Below are positions 25,194 to 37,124 of a stretch of DNA of 64,000 bases, in pieces. The stretch covers positions 12,896,001 through 12,960,000 of the forward strand of contig CM120640.1 of the NCBI GenBank assembly GCA_051362555.1, read 5' to 3'. The DNA comes from Lingula anatina (Eukaryota; Animalia; Brachiopoda). Position numbers and translations under genes: made by a program. Positions within the stretch are counted from its first letter, which is position 1. The number at the start of each line of letters is the position of its first letter. The notes beneath the pieces were generated by a model. The model did no database searches. It saw only the letters and a program-made list of their open reading frames with translations, and was not told the origin of the DNA.

Positions 25194-27240
25194 GGCGTTA
25201 AACTAAAAGGACAATAAAAACATGTAACTGACAAGAACTTGAAGCAAATATTCAAATACATCCATTCAACAAAACCTTATCAATTATCAAAAGATTTAAT
25301 TGAAAATTTGCAGCAGATTATACTTCACTTGTTTTTTTTCTATTGTAATAAAAGTTCACTGACGGCATAGCCTCCACCAAGTTTCTTCTTCTCTGCTCGC
25401 TTCATACTTTTTGAGCTTACAAAACATTAAATGTCATTGTCAGTTGACAGTCTGTTATACATAAGTTTGTACATAGAAAGTCCATGCAACTTGAATTAAT
25501 TGGTTTAGCCCTCTGGTCCAGTTTAAATCTAATGTATGCAAGCCTGGTGCTCAATAAATAGCATGTTCAACAAACACAGCTTTTATATATCTGGATATCA
25601 TATAGTGAAGCATTATATACTCATGTGACATAAATCACATGTTATCACTTTGAACTACACATAAAATGGCCTACAGCAGATATCCTTGTGATAAAAAGAT
25701 ACAATGAAACACACAAACTATGAGGCACAACCTATATTCTTAGATTTGATAGATTTTAAGTATTTTGTTATCATTATAATGATTATTGCAAATGGTTTTA
25801 CATTCAATTAATATTTTATGGATTTCAAAAGCAGATATCATGATATTTCATGTGAATATTTTCTTTAATTGAGCAGACCATTTCAAGCCTCCAAAACAAC
25901 ACAAAGGATTTTTTAGTTATAACACTTTTTTTCACTGAAAAGCACTTAATTTAAAACCCTAAGGCTGTTTAGAATGAGCTAAGTTGCAATAGCTAGCAAT
26001 AAGATTAACAGACTAATTACATACCTCCATTGAGCAGAATACAGAAAAGCAGGTGTACATTGGAAACAAAGTGCAAAAGGTTTCAAAAGAAACAAATGGG
26101 GAAATAGACAGAAATAAACAGACAAAAATGGGTTGTCCACCATATTTAAAAAGTCAACACAGGTGTCCAAAGTCTACACATACAAAAAAAAATGCACTTT
26201 TTAAGATAAACAAAAAGGTGACTTTGACAAAGCCTGCGAATGTTAACCATCTGGTTGATTTGATTTTATTTGCTTTCTGGTGTCATTTAACAAAGTATAT
26301 TGGGAATGTTTTGTTAAAGGTAAATCCATCAGACTTTGCTCCATGTGAACTCGTGAAAATGCTATTGCAAAATGCATTTAAAATTGTAGGAAGGTCAATT
26401 ATAGTACATATGAGAAAACCCTTCTGATACATGTTTTTAACTTTTACTTCCGCATTTTAAAATACTTCTTGGTTATTATTTGAATCTTCATTAATAATAA
26501 ATACAATAATATATATAAGAAAATTGTTCTGTTTGGACTATGAATTAGCTTAATTGATATTTTGTAGAAATTACAGGCTAAAACATGCTAAAATCATCTG
26601 GGTGACGTCATTGTTTTGTTCCTGTGCTTGAAAACTCAAGATAAGCTACTAAAACAGGCTTTTTTGAGTATCAATATGGCAGATTGCCCGAGAATTCATA
26701 AACAAATCGTTATGATTTGTAAAGTTGGGGGATCAATATCGTTTACCTAGCAATACATTTCAATTTTATTTCACCCTACTCTTTTTGCAAATGCCCTTTA
26801 TTAATGTTAAATCACATCTGGAGTAATTTTTTTTTTTCGAGTGTATTGTGTTATATTGCAGTATACTACGTGCATTTATGTATGTTGTGTGTGCCAGGAA
26901 CTGTCAAGAGCACAATACTAAGAAGATACTAATAACTTTTTTTGTCCATCAATCATGCTGCTATGCATATACACATCCACTGAAGATCACAATTAATGCA
27001 CCTCTGTTAATGCAAACAAACTTTCCAATTGTGTTTGAGATCACAAGTGCCAAAATTTAAAAGTAACTTAACAATAAATGAATGTCTGCCCTTTGCATCC
27101 CAGTGCTTGGAACCACTAATTTTACATTCAAGCCATGATATTCTGGTTTCAGTCTTTAATTTGGCATTTGCAATCACAAACCCGAGGCTTTGATATTGCA
27201 AATATGTAATGCATTTATAAGGCCTGGAGAGGCAGTAACA

Positions 27241-27243
<3 letters not shown>

Positions 27244-27326
<83 letters not shown>

Positions 27327-27333
27327 GTATGTA
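27244..27333. repeat. (TA)n followed by (TATG)n microsatellite
   Basis: Direct observation. Confidence 0.95.
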
Positions 27334-27547
27334 TTCAACAGAACATTCAACACAATCTACAGTCACGTGGGTATAAACGCCACTACAGATATCTATGACT
27401 TTTTTTAAAGATATATGGTAACATATGTCACTCAGGTTTTAGCATAAAGACAAGAAAATTCGATGTACGTCTTAAAACTAGATAACACTATAGTTTAATT
27501 AAGTCCAGAGTCTAGAAAAAAAAACATTGCAATATTCAGTCTTGTCG

Positions 27548-27835
27548 ACTTACTGAAGTTACTTGCTCTCAGCAACATTGTATAAGTGAACTGCATCAAT
27601 TTTCAGAACTGGTAACACAATATCTTTGAACATACCTTGATTAGATGCAATCAAAAATTTTGCAAAACATTTCAAATGTAGATAACATGTATTGATAATA
27701 TTATCTCATCATATCTAACCACATACCACTTCCGCATGCTCTTTAGTGTTAAAAGATCCGTTGTTTGTACACTCAAAGACGGTTTTCGACTATTGTTTTG
27801 TTTCGGCTGATTTCTACCAAAAGTAGGTACTATTG
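27548..27835. promoter_or_regulatory. Probable bidirectional promoter and non-coding first exons of SMCR8 (-) and the class-V PLP enzyme (+)
   Basis: Both ATG exons are preceded by acceptors (25203-25204 minus; 28899-28900 plus), so upstream exons must exist. Minus-strand donor candidates at 27548-27553 (gtaagt), ~27630 and ~27721 (gtatgt); plus donor ag|gtacta ~27827; ETS-like CACTTCCG at 27727; local CpGs. Confidence 0.5.
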
Positions 27836-28911
27836 TGATTTTATAATCCATATATTAAAGAGAATTATAAATTAATTCATTTAGTTATCCTGGTGTTTTT
27901 TGTATATATTTTCAACTAGTATAAATATCAGCAAAATATGATGTGAAACTGTCTGAAGAATAAATTAGTGTTTACAGTGTAGTTAAAAACTGGTTGCTAT
28001 AAAATTAACTTTTTTACTTTCATGTGTAACTCGTGTAGATTTAAGGACAGTCTGGCGATTTCTTGCATGAAAGTATGGCACATTTCACACCGATATTGTA
28101 AACGTTTTGAATATATAATATAGTAGCGACCATGACGACCATTGTGTCTATTTATTTGAGCCTTGGCAGTGACACAAGAGGCTACTGAAATTGAAAGTGA
28201 AACTTAACTAGAAGTACTTGTAGTATAGTAGGGAAAAGTGGTGCACAGTTGTGTACAAATTTTTGTTATTGAGCAATACTAAAGGGCATTCTATTCTTTT
28301 TCAATAAAGATAAAAATTGCTCCTGAAATTAAAATTCTATTTCCACATTTATTTTTGAAGAAATCGGTTTTATTTTAGTGCTGTTCATTTGCCAGACTGA
28401 AATCGACTAATTAATTTTGCCTCATCGAAATATTAACAGAGCTTATGTATAATACATTTGATGTGAGTGATAATGTAACTGCAACATGAGCCTCCCAGTT
28501 GCAGAGGCTTCATTAACCACTAATAATATTACTTGTATAAGATGTCTACAGTGCATACGCTTACATCCAAATGTGGTGTAACATTTAAAATCATCTTGTT
28601 ACTGCATTTGGCATGCAGTGTATAGTGCAAATGTTAAGTTAATTGTTTCAGTTTCCTACTGTGTTCGTATGAAAGGTATTTTTTTTTTGTAAAGAGTAAC
28701 ATCTACAGGTATTTCTCTACAGCAACTGTACTGTAGTCAAAGATACTACTACATGTTTGAAGATATATGCAATTTATAAATAATTATCTGGATTAGTTAA
28801 ATGTCACAGGAGATTTATTTTGCCTTGCTCTTTGCAGTATGTTTTCTCTTTAAAATTAGCAGTCATAATCAAGATAAAATTAACATTTTGCTCATTTCAG
28901 ACTCTTAGATA

Positions 28912-31900
28912 ATGTCAACTGTTAGAAGAGATTTTGGTTCATTTCATTCCTCCAATGTACAAGAACTTTTGGAACTAAAAGATGTAGGTGAACCTTAACT
29001 GTGTAAAATTATAGGAAATAAAGGAGCAAAAATGTGAGTCATTGGTCTGATAAATGTCTAGGTTGGCCATAAGCTAACGGTATGAAAAATTTCAGCTTGC
29101 ATTTTATAATTATTATATGAAACGAGATAAAGGGTTCACCATGCAGAAAATTGACTTAATATTGTAAAATCAATGGACATAATCCAAGATATCCAGCAGT
29201 CTTACAAAGTAGCATAACATCAAGTGAGATCTCATGTTTTTAAAATCTGAAAATTTGTCTTTTTAAGGATGATTATCAACTGCCACCATTACCTGTACAA
29301 GGACCAAATTTCTTGGACATCAAACCTGACTTGCATTTTGGCAAGTCAATAAAAAATAAATATTTCATTTTGGAAGAGGTAATGAAACTACTGTGAATAA
29401 ATAAATGGTATTATTATTATTTTGAAAAACTAGACAGATACTGTAGATAACAGGCCTGTAGCCAGGGGGCAGGGGGTAGAAAGAACTGTCCATTTTGTCA
29501 GGAAAAGGTATATTCTGGATGAAATTTGATCTAGGAACACAAAGGTTTCGTTGTAATAGGTCCACTTTTTCAGAAAAAGAACCCCCCTTTTGAATTTGCT
29601 GGCTACAGGCCTGGACAAAAGTAATTTATTTTCAGTTTGGAGTATGTATTCAATGTGTACTGTATGTGCTTATAAATGATGGTTATGGTGCTGGGAGAGT
29701 TTTGTTTTAAAAATGCATTAGAAAGTTTATGAAAGAATAACAATGTGAAACAAAATTTAATTATTTGTTGCTAGGAATGCACTTTCCTGAATCATGGAGC
29801 CTTTGGTGCCACACTGAAAGATGCACTGTTAGTAGCACAGGTAACTGAAGAATATATTTTTTGTTTCATTAACAGAAAAAAATAAATAGATGTAAATACA
29901 AATTGTTTTTTCAAGAATAATTTTGTTTTCCACTAGTTTCTCAGAGGTCAATTACATTTGTTCTAGAAATGGCAAATGTACACAGAAAAGCAACCTCTGA
30001 GATTTTTTGATCGAGAGCTCTTGCCTTTGCTGGTATATGTAACAAGAAGATTGGCTAAATTTGTAGGTATGTAGTCTACCAAGAGTGGAGAAAAATTTTT
30101 ACTCCTGCCACGTGCATTAGCTGTAGCTTATAGTTTTTGCCTTGCATAGCCTATACAATTATTTTCTGGTTAATATAAATATAATGACAGTATCTTTTAC
30201 AGGAAAATGCATCTTTGCATTAATTAAATTGTACATGTCATTGGCAGTTATTTATCTGAGTGGCGTGAATAATTTGAAAATTTGCATAAATGTCCTTAAA
30301 AATGTGTCACTTACTGTCCCACAGGTTGTGACCCTAGGGACCTCCTACTGGTGCAGAATGCCACTACAGGCATTAACTGTGTTATAAAAAATTTGGGCCT
30401 TGGTCCTGGGGATGTGATATTCTCACTGAGTGTAACTTATGGTAATTTTGAATTAAAAACTCATCAGTTGAATCAAATGATAATTTCACCTCTGACTTGA
30501 CATCAAGAGTGCATTCTAATGCTTTCCCTTTGATATTTTAGTTTTCATTTTTTGAAATCATTATTTTTTAGATTTCTTTTGATATCTGAAGATTATCTTT
30601 TTACAATTCCCTGGTAACAACATGCTTTGTAGGGACTTTAAAGATGTTCTCAACTTGACAAAATATATGTGTATCTGTACTTCTTTTCATTATAGGTGCA
30701 GTTAAGAAACTGTTGAAACATATTTGTGCAGAAACTGGAAGTATTTTACAAGAGGAAACAGTGCAATTTCCCATTACAAGCAGGGACCAGGTGATTAAGG
30801 ATATTTTTCTGCTTTCATTTTATTGTTGAAATATAGAGTTAATTTGTAATGAGCTAAAAAATAAATCATTGAAATCATTCTTAAAAGAAAACTTGAATAT
30901 TCTATGGCCTTCAAAAGTATTAATTTGAAGAATAAAGTGAATTTTGTAAAATCTATAACCAGTAGTTCAGTTTTAATTTATTCAGTCATTTTTGTATTTC
31001 ACAGCTTATTTCGCTTGTTGAAAGCACACTCAGGCCAGAAGTGACTAAACTGGCAGTATTTGATCACATTCCAAGTAACATTCCATTCATAATGCCTATT
31101 CAAGAAATTATTGCTATCTGTCATAAGAGGTGAGTTTATCAAACTTTGAATTACAAAATGTGAATATAGGATGTCTTGCATTGCAACATTAAAAGACAAT
31201 GTTACTTGACAAGTTATGTCCAGTTTTTCTCAAAAAAGCATTATTTTTCAGTGCTACTCTTTCTATCAACTTTATTATTTCTATGTCTGTCCATTTGACA
31301 GCCCTGCTAGTTTGGCATTATTTTTCAATGGATTTGAACCCTAAATTTCAGTCTTAGAAAAAATGCGTAAAAAGAAACTGAAATTGAAACCTTCTGAAAT
31401 ATCAGAGCATACAGCTATCAGTTTCTCTTATACTATGGTCACAAGAGACAATAGCCAAGTTAAGATGTTTAAACTATAATTTTATTTTTATCTTACCTTC
31501 CCTTACAATTACCCTTGTAGTTATGCTCGCTTATATCTCAGTGAATTACTTCATGTCTTACTATAGAGGGGTTCCAGTACTGGTTGATGGAGCACATGCT
31601 TTGGGTAGTCTGCCATTGGACATAGCATCTCTTAAACCCGACTACTACATCTCTAATGCACACAAATGGTTCTGCTGTCCTAAGGGATGTGCATTTTTGT
31701 ATGTAAAAAGGGAGCTTCAGTCTGTGATAAGGCCTTTAGTTATTTCCCATGGATTTGGCTCAGGATTCAGTTCAGAATTCATATGGTCAGGTAAACCCCA
31801 TAACCAGTTTGATCCATTTAATCTGTTGTTATTAATGATAACTAATATAAACAGAAGAGAAAAGTTTATTTCACTTCTTATCTTGTCTTCATAAGATAAA

Positions 31901-34591
31901 AATATCCTCTTTTTTAATGAAAGGTTTTAATACGATACGTTTAAAGTATGGGAATTATTCAATATTCTGTATGTTAGTCTGTAAAGTGTAATACATTTTT
32001 ACAATAGGTCTTAAAGACTACAGTCCATTCTTATCAATGCCCACAGTTATCGATTTCTGGGAGACTGTTGGTCCAGACACTATGAGGAAATATATGTATC
32101 AGCTGTGTCATGAAGCAGGTATTTTATATTCTCATGAGGTAAAATAGCAATTGCGAAGTTATATAAGATCGTCCATCAACATGCTACAAAAGAAATGCTA
32201 TGCTTATAACATTACTGGTATATGAGTGGGGTTACATGTTTTTCTTTATTATGCCAGTATTTTCTCTTTTTTTTTTTTTGCAATGTCAAACATACTGTAC
32301 TTTTTCTGTCATATTTTTGGGTAATATATGTGCTTTATATTTTCTTGTAGAAACTCATATTTTAATTTTCAGCTGAACATTTGGTACACGTTTGGAACAC
32401 AGACTTGATAGCACCAGCTGACATGTTTGGTAACATTTGTTGGACTGTTCTATTACAGCACAGCATAATATTTGAATTTGTATTTGTTTATTGCATTTCA
32501 TTTTGTTCAAGATTCTTATATACAAAGAAGTTATTTTGTTAGAATTTTCACAATACAATCAGGAATCAGTATACATGTATTTTCATCATCTGGAAAGAGA
32601 CATTGTTCATGATAGTGACAGAGATCTCCATGCTGTACATTTACTATACAGTTACTCATTTTACTGATGACCCAGGCCCGTAGCTGGGGGGGGGTTCGAA
32701 AGAACCGCCCCTTTTGTCAGGAAAAGGTCCATTTTGGGTAAAATTTGATCTAGGTATACATACGTTTCATTGTATGAGGTCCACTTTTTCAAAAAAAAAA
32801 AAAAAAAAGAACCCCCCCTTTTGAATTTGCTGGCTACGGGCCTGTGACTGTTATCACAGTTCACTTGTACACACACAGCTGAGTTGTCATTTTTAATAAT
32901 CAGTTTACAACTATATTAATCAAATATATGGATACTGTAAAATATTCCTTTTGTAGGTTCAATGTCGTTGGTAAGGCTTCCGGACACGCTGTACAACTCT
33001 AGCAGCCCTGCCACCTATCAGCAAGCAGAGGTTATTCAAAATAAATTATATTACAAATTTAATATTGAGGTGGGTGCAAGTTGTGTTTTTCATACACTCA
33101 ATTTTTTTGTTCAAAATCTACAATCCAAATATGATATACATCTTGGTTTTAATTTTTCTAAGAATGAAAGCAACATTTTGTTTTCTAATTTAACTTGTTT
33201 GGTTTGGATGGCATTGTACTTTGGATCATTAGCTATTTCTATAATATCTATATCACTTTTTGGGATATTATATTGCTTTAGAACATCTTTAGCCTTTTTG
33301 CAATAGGGACAAAATGTTTTAGAATACACCACAACTTATTAAGTAGGTAAGTAAGTTTATTAAGACATGACAACCAAAAGGTTGAAGTTATACATAAAAT
33401 GGAGTAAGAATAAAATTTACAAATTAAAATATTGATATATAATATAGGATATGCAAATAGAACTTAATGAGATTTAAAAAAAAATAAATAAATAAAATAA
33501 ATAAATAAAATAATTTTTTTTTTGCACAGGCATCTGAAAGTTAGTGTAAAAGAGGATGGAGTAATGAAAATTAAATACAATAAAGGCCAAAATGAGTTTC
33601 AAAAGTAAAACACTAATGGTTTAATAAAGAGAAAGGAATAAAAGTGTTTTTAAAATGTTCCGTTCTAATTTTTGGTATGTTAAACTTTGACAGGCTATTT
33701 CTTAAGGGGCCCGCACACGGTGAGCATTTGGCACGCGCCACTTGCGCTGCGCCGTTTTCTCATCGTGTGCAGGGGTATTTTGATGAGATTTTTGCCTCAC
33801 GCGCGGCTGAGCAAAATTTCTCACGTGTTTGATTTTTTTGGTCTCTTGAGGCAAATGTCTCAGTGTGTGCGGGGTGCAAGCGCCGATTGCTCACGCCATG
33901 CTAACAATGCGCACGTGCCAGTAGCCGGAAACAAACAAAAATGGCAGCCCCCAGCGAGGTCAACAAAAACGTACACAGTTATAGTTAGTCTGATTGATTA
34001 ACGTGGTCATCATTATCCATTACTATCAGAAAAAACAACAATATGTAATGTTTCCTCAATCACATGATCCCACAGTTCGCGGTGCGTCCGATAGGGGCAG
34101 ACCAGGAGGCATCTCTGCTGAGCAAAGAGCGCATCGTTTGCGGGGAGCTGAGGAGCGTGAGCATGTGGCACAGCGCAAATGGCGCGCGCCGAATGCTCAC
34201 CGTGTGCGGGCCCCTTTAGTCTCATGTGTGGATTTCAGGTTAAAAGGTAGTTCAGTTTGTCTGTCATTTTGTATTTTTGCAAAAAATGATTTGCAAAGTT
34301 CAAATCTGCACTCTTTTAATGTAGTATTTTTTGCTTGGGCTAGAGCATCAACAAGAAAACTTTCTTGCTGCCAATCTTAGTCTTTATTTGATCTGTAATA
34401 TTAGGCTTGTTTACAATAAAAAACTTAGATATCCATGTGAATTAAGATTTATAACTTGCTTTGAATTTTTTCAGGTGCCTATTAAGGCAGTAGAAGGCAT
34501 TCTGTATGTCAGGATCTCATCCCATATATACAATACAATTGACGAGTACAAGTACTTGGGAGATGCTGTACTGAAATTGTCAGAAGACTGA
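28912..34591 (+). CDS. PLP-dependent aminotransferase class V, Egt2 (hercynylcysteine sulfoxide lyase) / L-cysteine desulfhydrase / isopenicillin N epimerase-like; 12 exons, ~435 aa
   Basis: Motifs FLNHGAFG, VQNATTGINCV, AVFDHIPSN, VLVDGAHALG, YISNAHKWFCCPKG (PLP lysine), WSGLKDYS, YVRISSHIYN. Exons 28912-28983, 29268-29378, 29775-29840, 29967-30066, 30325-30441, 30696-30790, 31005-31129, 31567-31790, 32008-32118, 32373-32429, 32957-33069, 34475-34591 (1308 nt, frame continuous). Confidence 0.9.
29451..29613. mobile_element. Short TIR element/MITE (CAGGCC-TIR family, copy 1)
   Basis: TIR caggcctgtagcca / tggctacaggcctg; paralog at 32673-32844; no clear TSD seen. Confidence 0.7.
32673..32844. 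mobile_element. Short TIR element/MITE (CAGGCC-TIR family, copy 2)
   Basis: TIR caggcccgtagc / gctacgggcctg; internal sequence matches 29451-29613. Confidence 0.7.
33204..33335 (-). pseudogene. Glutaredoxin (CPYC) N-terminal fragment in intron 11 of the PLP enzyme gene
   Basis: VVVYSKTFCPYCKKAKDVLKQYNIPKSDIDIIEIANDPKYNAIQ; in-frame stop immediately upstream, no ATG, and no TVP/GG motifs downstream. Confidence 0.7.
33705..34215. mobile_element. PIF/Harbinger-type MITE (511 bp)
   Basis: TTA duplication (33702-33704, 34216-34218); ~50-bp TIR AGGGGCCCGCACACGGTGAGCATTyGGCrCGCGCCAyTTGCGCTGyGCC. Confidence 0.85.
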
Positions 34592-35813
34592 AACTACCAG
34601 TGCCAGAGTTGATAAAAAGATATTTGTGCAACAGTTATCACATTTCATTTCTGGTAAATTTAAACATGGGCACATAACACTTTAAAAAGAAACTATGACA
34701 ACATTTCTGTGGAGGTGTGCACCATCAAGTTTTTAATGGTGTACCAGATTGTTGGACAAACCAGTCACCACAGAACAAATACACCATGGACATAATGTCA
34801 GGTGCTGCCCCAATGAACAATTAAGTGAACTACCAGTCTGTTGTACCCTAGGTTCTAGATTCCGGTATTGTCAGCTCGATCTTGATTTCATATATAACCC
34901 ATATCAACAATACTAAAAGCGACTCCATCACAAGGTATATATTTAACAAGCTAGCTTTTACATTGCTCTGACACTCAGGGTAGTCTGCTGTTATGTACGT
35001 GAGAAATGACAAATGTCAAATAGAGGTCAAGTTTTTTCTTTTGTTGGTTTGTAGTTTTAAAAAACCATTACACCAAAAATTTTCGATGGATTTTGATTTA
35101 AGGTTAGGATAGGTCAGAAATAGGCCAATCAACAAAGTAAAATAATGAAAGTTGTGTGTAAATTTGCTTACTGTTTTTTTTTTTTTTTTTTTTTCAGTTC
35201 AGACATTTAACATTGAAAGCTAATTTCCAATGTAGCTATTGACATTTAAAAAACGATATTTGATTGGCAGATGCTGGATTATCGGCCCATCAAGTGCATT
35301 TTGTACATGACCTTTACACTCAATAAATCAAGGAATTATTAATAAAATATTTAAAAATGAAAAAAAAAAGTTTTGGTGATTTTTGACCATGAAGGCCCCA
35401 AAACTATTGGGATTGTTCCTTCTAGTCAAATACACGATTTTGCCCTTCAACAAATTTAACTACAAAACCAGTATAAAGAACAATTTTATTTCAAAGATGT
35501 ACAGTTGGTTATATCAATTACAATAAATTCAAGTGCAAAGAAACATACTGGAGAAATACAATATGTCAAAATGTTTTGAAATTGTAAACGATAAACCATG
35601 TGTGAAAAGTTACTACCAAATGCAGATGTGATCCTAACATAGTGGCTCTACCATTTTGACATAACTTGAAACCAAGATATGCAAAGAGAAACTTGCATTT
35701 TTATAAAAAAAGATTTTAACTAAGATTGCTTATCAATTCATTGCAGCAAAAAAGTGAAGGTTTTTGCTCCTGTCCAAAAGTATCGAGTCAAAATCAACTA
35801 TAAGTGACCATTA

Positions 35814-35993
35814 TCATTCCAAGTTTTCAGAGCTTTCTTTTTTCAACTTTCCCGTGCGAATAAGAAACTCTTTCATTTCTATTTCATTTTTTTCAATTTG
35901 CCTAGAAGCTTGATATTGTTTCAATGCTGTAATGCCAGAGAAAACTCCAACAACACCTGCTAAACCACCCAAAACTATAAAGAACGAGCGCAT
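35814..35993 (-). CDS. Uncharacterised 59-aa single-TM microprotein (ORF C), below the ORF-track cutoff
   Basis: MRSFFIVLGGLAGVVGVFSGITALKQYQASRQIEKNEIEMKEFLIRTGKLKKESSENLE*; A at -3 (aacagtATG); Gly-rich hydrophobic helix then a charged helical tail; starts 20 nt after the PIGBOS1-like stop. Confidence 0.6.
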   Translation of the reverse strand: MRSFFIVLGGLAGVVGVFSGITALKQYQASRQIEKNEIEMKEFLIRTGKLKKESSENLE

Positions 35994-36013
35994 ACTGTTG
36001 CTTGATGATGCTA

Positions 36014-36238
36014 TTATTTAATGTTCTTTTCTAAATCGGTATTAATTTCACTGTTTTTCTGTTTGGGTTCACCTCCTTGAGAAGCTTGAGACTTTTCCAG
36101 TTCTTGTTGAGCTACAATTCTTTGTATTTCAAAGTACATGGGTTGCCAAGTATAAATAGCACTACCCACAGCCAAAGTCAAAATTACAACAAGATCTCTT
36201 TTTGGCATCCGTTGTAATTTTCTCAAAAACCTCTGCAT
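36014..36238 (-). CDS. PIGBOS1: PIGBOS1-like mitochondrial outer-membrane microprotein (ORF B, 74 aa)
   Basis: RMPKRDLVVILTLAVGSAIYTWQPMYFE aligns by eye with human PIGBOS1 [27 protein letters not shown] (TM + YxxQP motif + Q/E/K-rich tail); acceptor ttttacag ends at 36247. Confidence 0.7.
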   Translation of the reverse strand: MQRFLRKLQRMPKRDLVVILTLAVGSAIYTWQPMYFEIQRIVAQQELEKSQASQGGEPKQKNSEINTDLEKNIK

Positions 36239-36346
36239 ATCTTATACTGTAAAAGAAGGGTGGAAAAAAGCAATATATTAATTCATTTAAAGGTGTGTAT
36301 GTCTGTGAATTTCAAACTTTTATCCCTATGTGTTTAAAATCACATT

Positions 36347-36793
36347 AAATCCATTGGCGGTATCTAGTGATCACTGTCTGTGCCCTGAATACCCTGCGGC
36401 GTAATTAACTAGCAGCGCGAGCGAGTCGTTTCCAAAGCTGTAATTAATTCTCGGCTGCACTCGGAGGAGATTCTGACGCCTGGACGTATGCGCAGTATAT
36501 CTCTAAACTGTGGAGTTCATCAGTTTGCATTCATATCTGTCGTGTGTATATGGTCCTCATCTATTTCCTCTTGTTGTTGCACAAATTCGACAAACATTTT
36601 TCAAAGCAACCGCGGCCGCCATTTTCGTTCTCTCTAACTTATTACTGCGCATGCGTCCAGGTGTCAGAATCTCCTCCGAGCGCAACCAAGATCTAATTAC
36701 AGCTTTGGAAGTAATTAGCTCGATCTGCTAGTTAATTACGCAGCATTGTATTCAGGGCACAGACCGTGATCACTAGATACCGCCAATGGATTT
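36347..36793. mobile_element. Fold-back MITE with ~150-bp imperfect TIRs
   Basis: aaatccattggcggtatctagtgatcac...gcgcagta (36347-36497) is mirrored by tactgcgc...gtgatcactagataccgccaatggattt (36643-36793). Confidence 0.85.
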
Positions 36794-37124
36794 TTGGAAT
36801 TTGGATTTTTCATGTGAACGGTGCCTAAGCTACTTTGCTCTACATGCTTGCTTACATGCAAACAAAGCCTGTGCAGTGGGGTGTTTTACCAATGTAAATA
36901 GGGTGGAAGGATTGACATTTAAAAAATTTAATCTATACATATGCAATAAAAATTTCCAAACATGTTAGTCACTTTAAAAAATGCAAAAAAAATAATAATA
37001 ATAATAAAAAAATAATAATAATAATAAATAAATAAATATATATTCATGCACTTATTGCTCACAATGTTTTATTTGATTTTTTTTTATACTAACATGCAAG
37101 TAGAATACATGATCATCAACCATA

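Noticed and set aside
27007-27408. ORFs with YIYIYI runs
   Set aside because: Translation of a (TA)n microsatellite.
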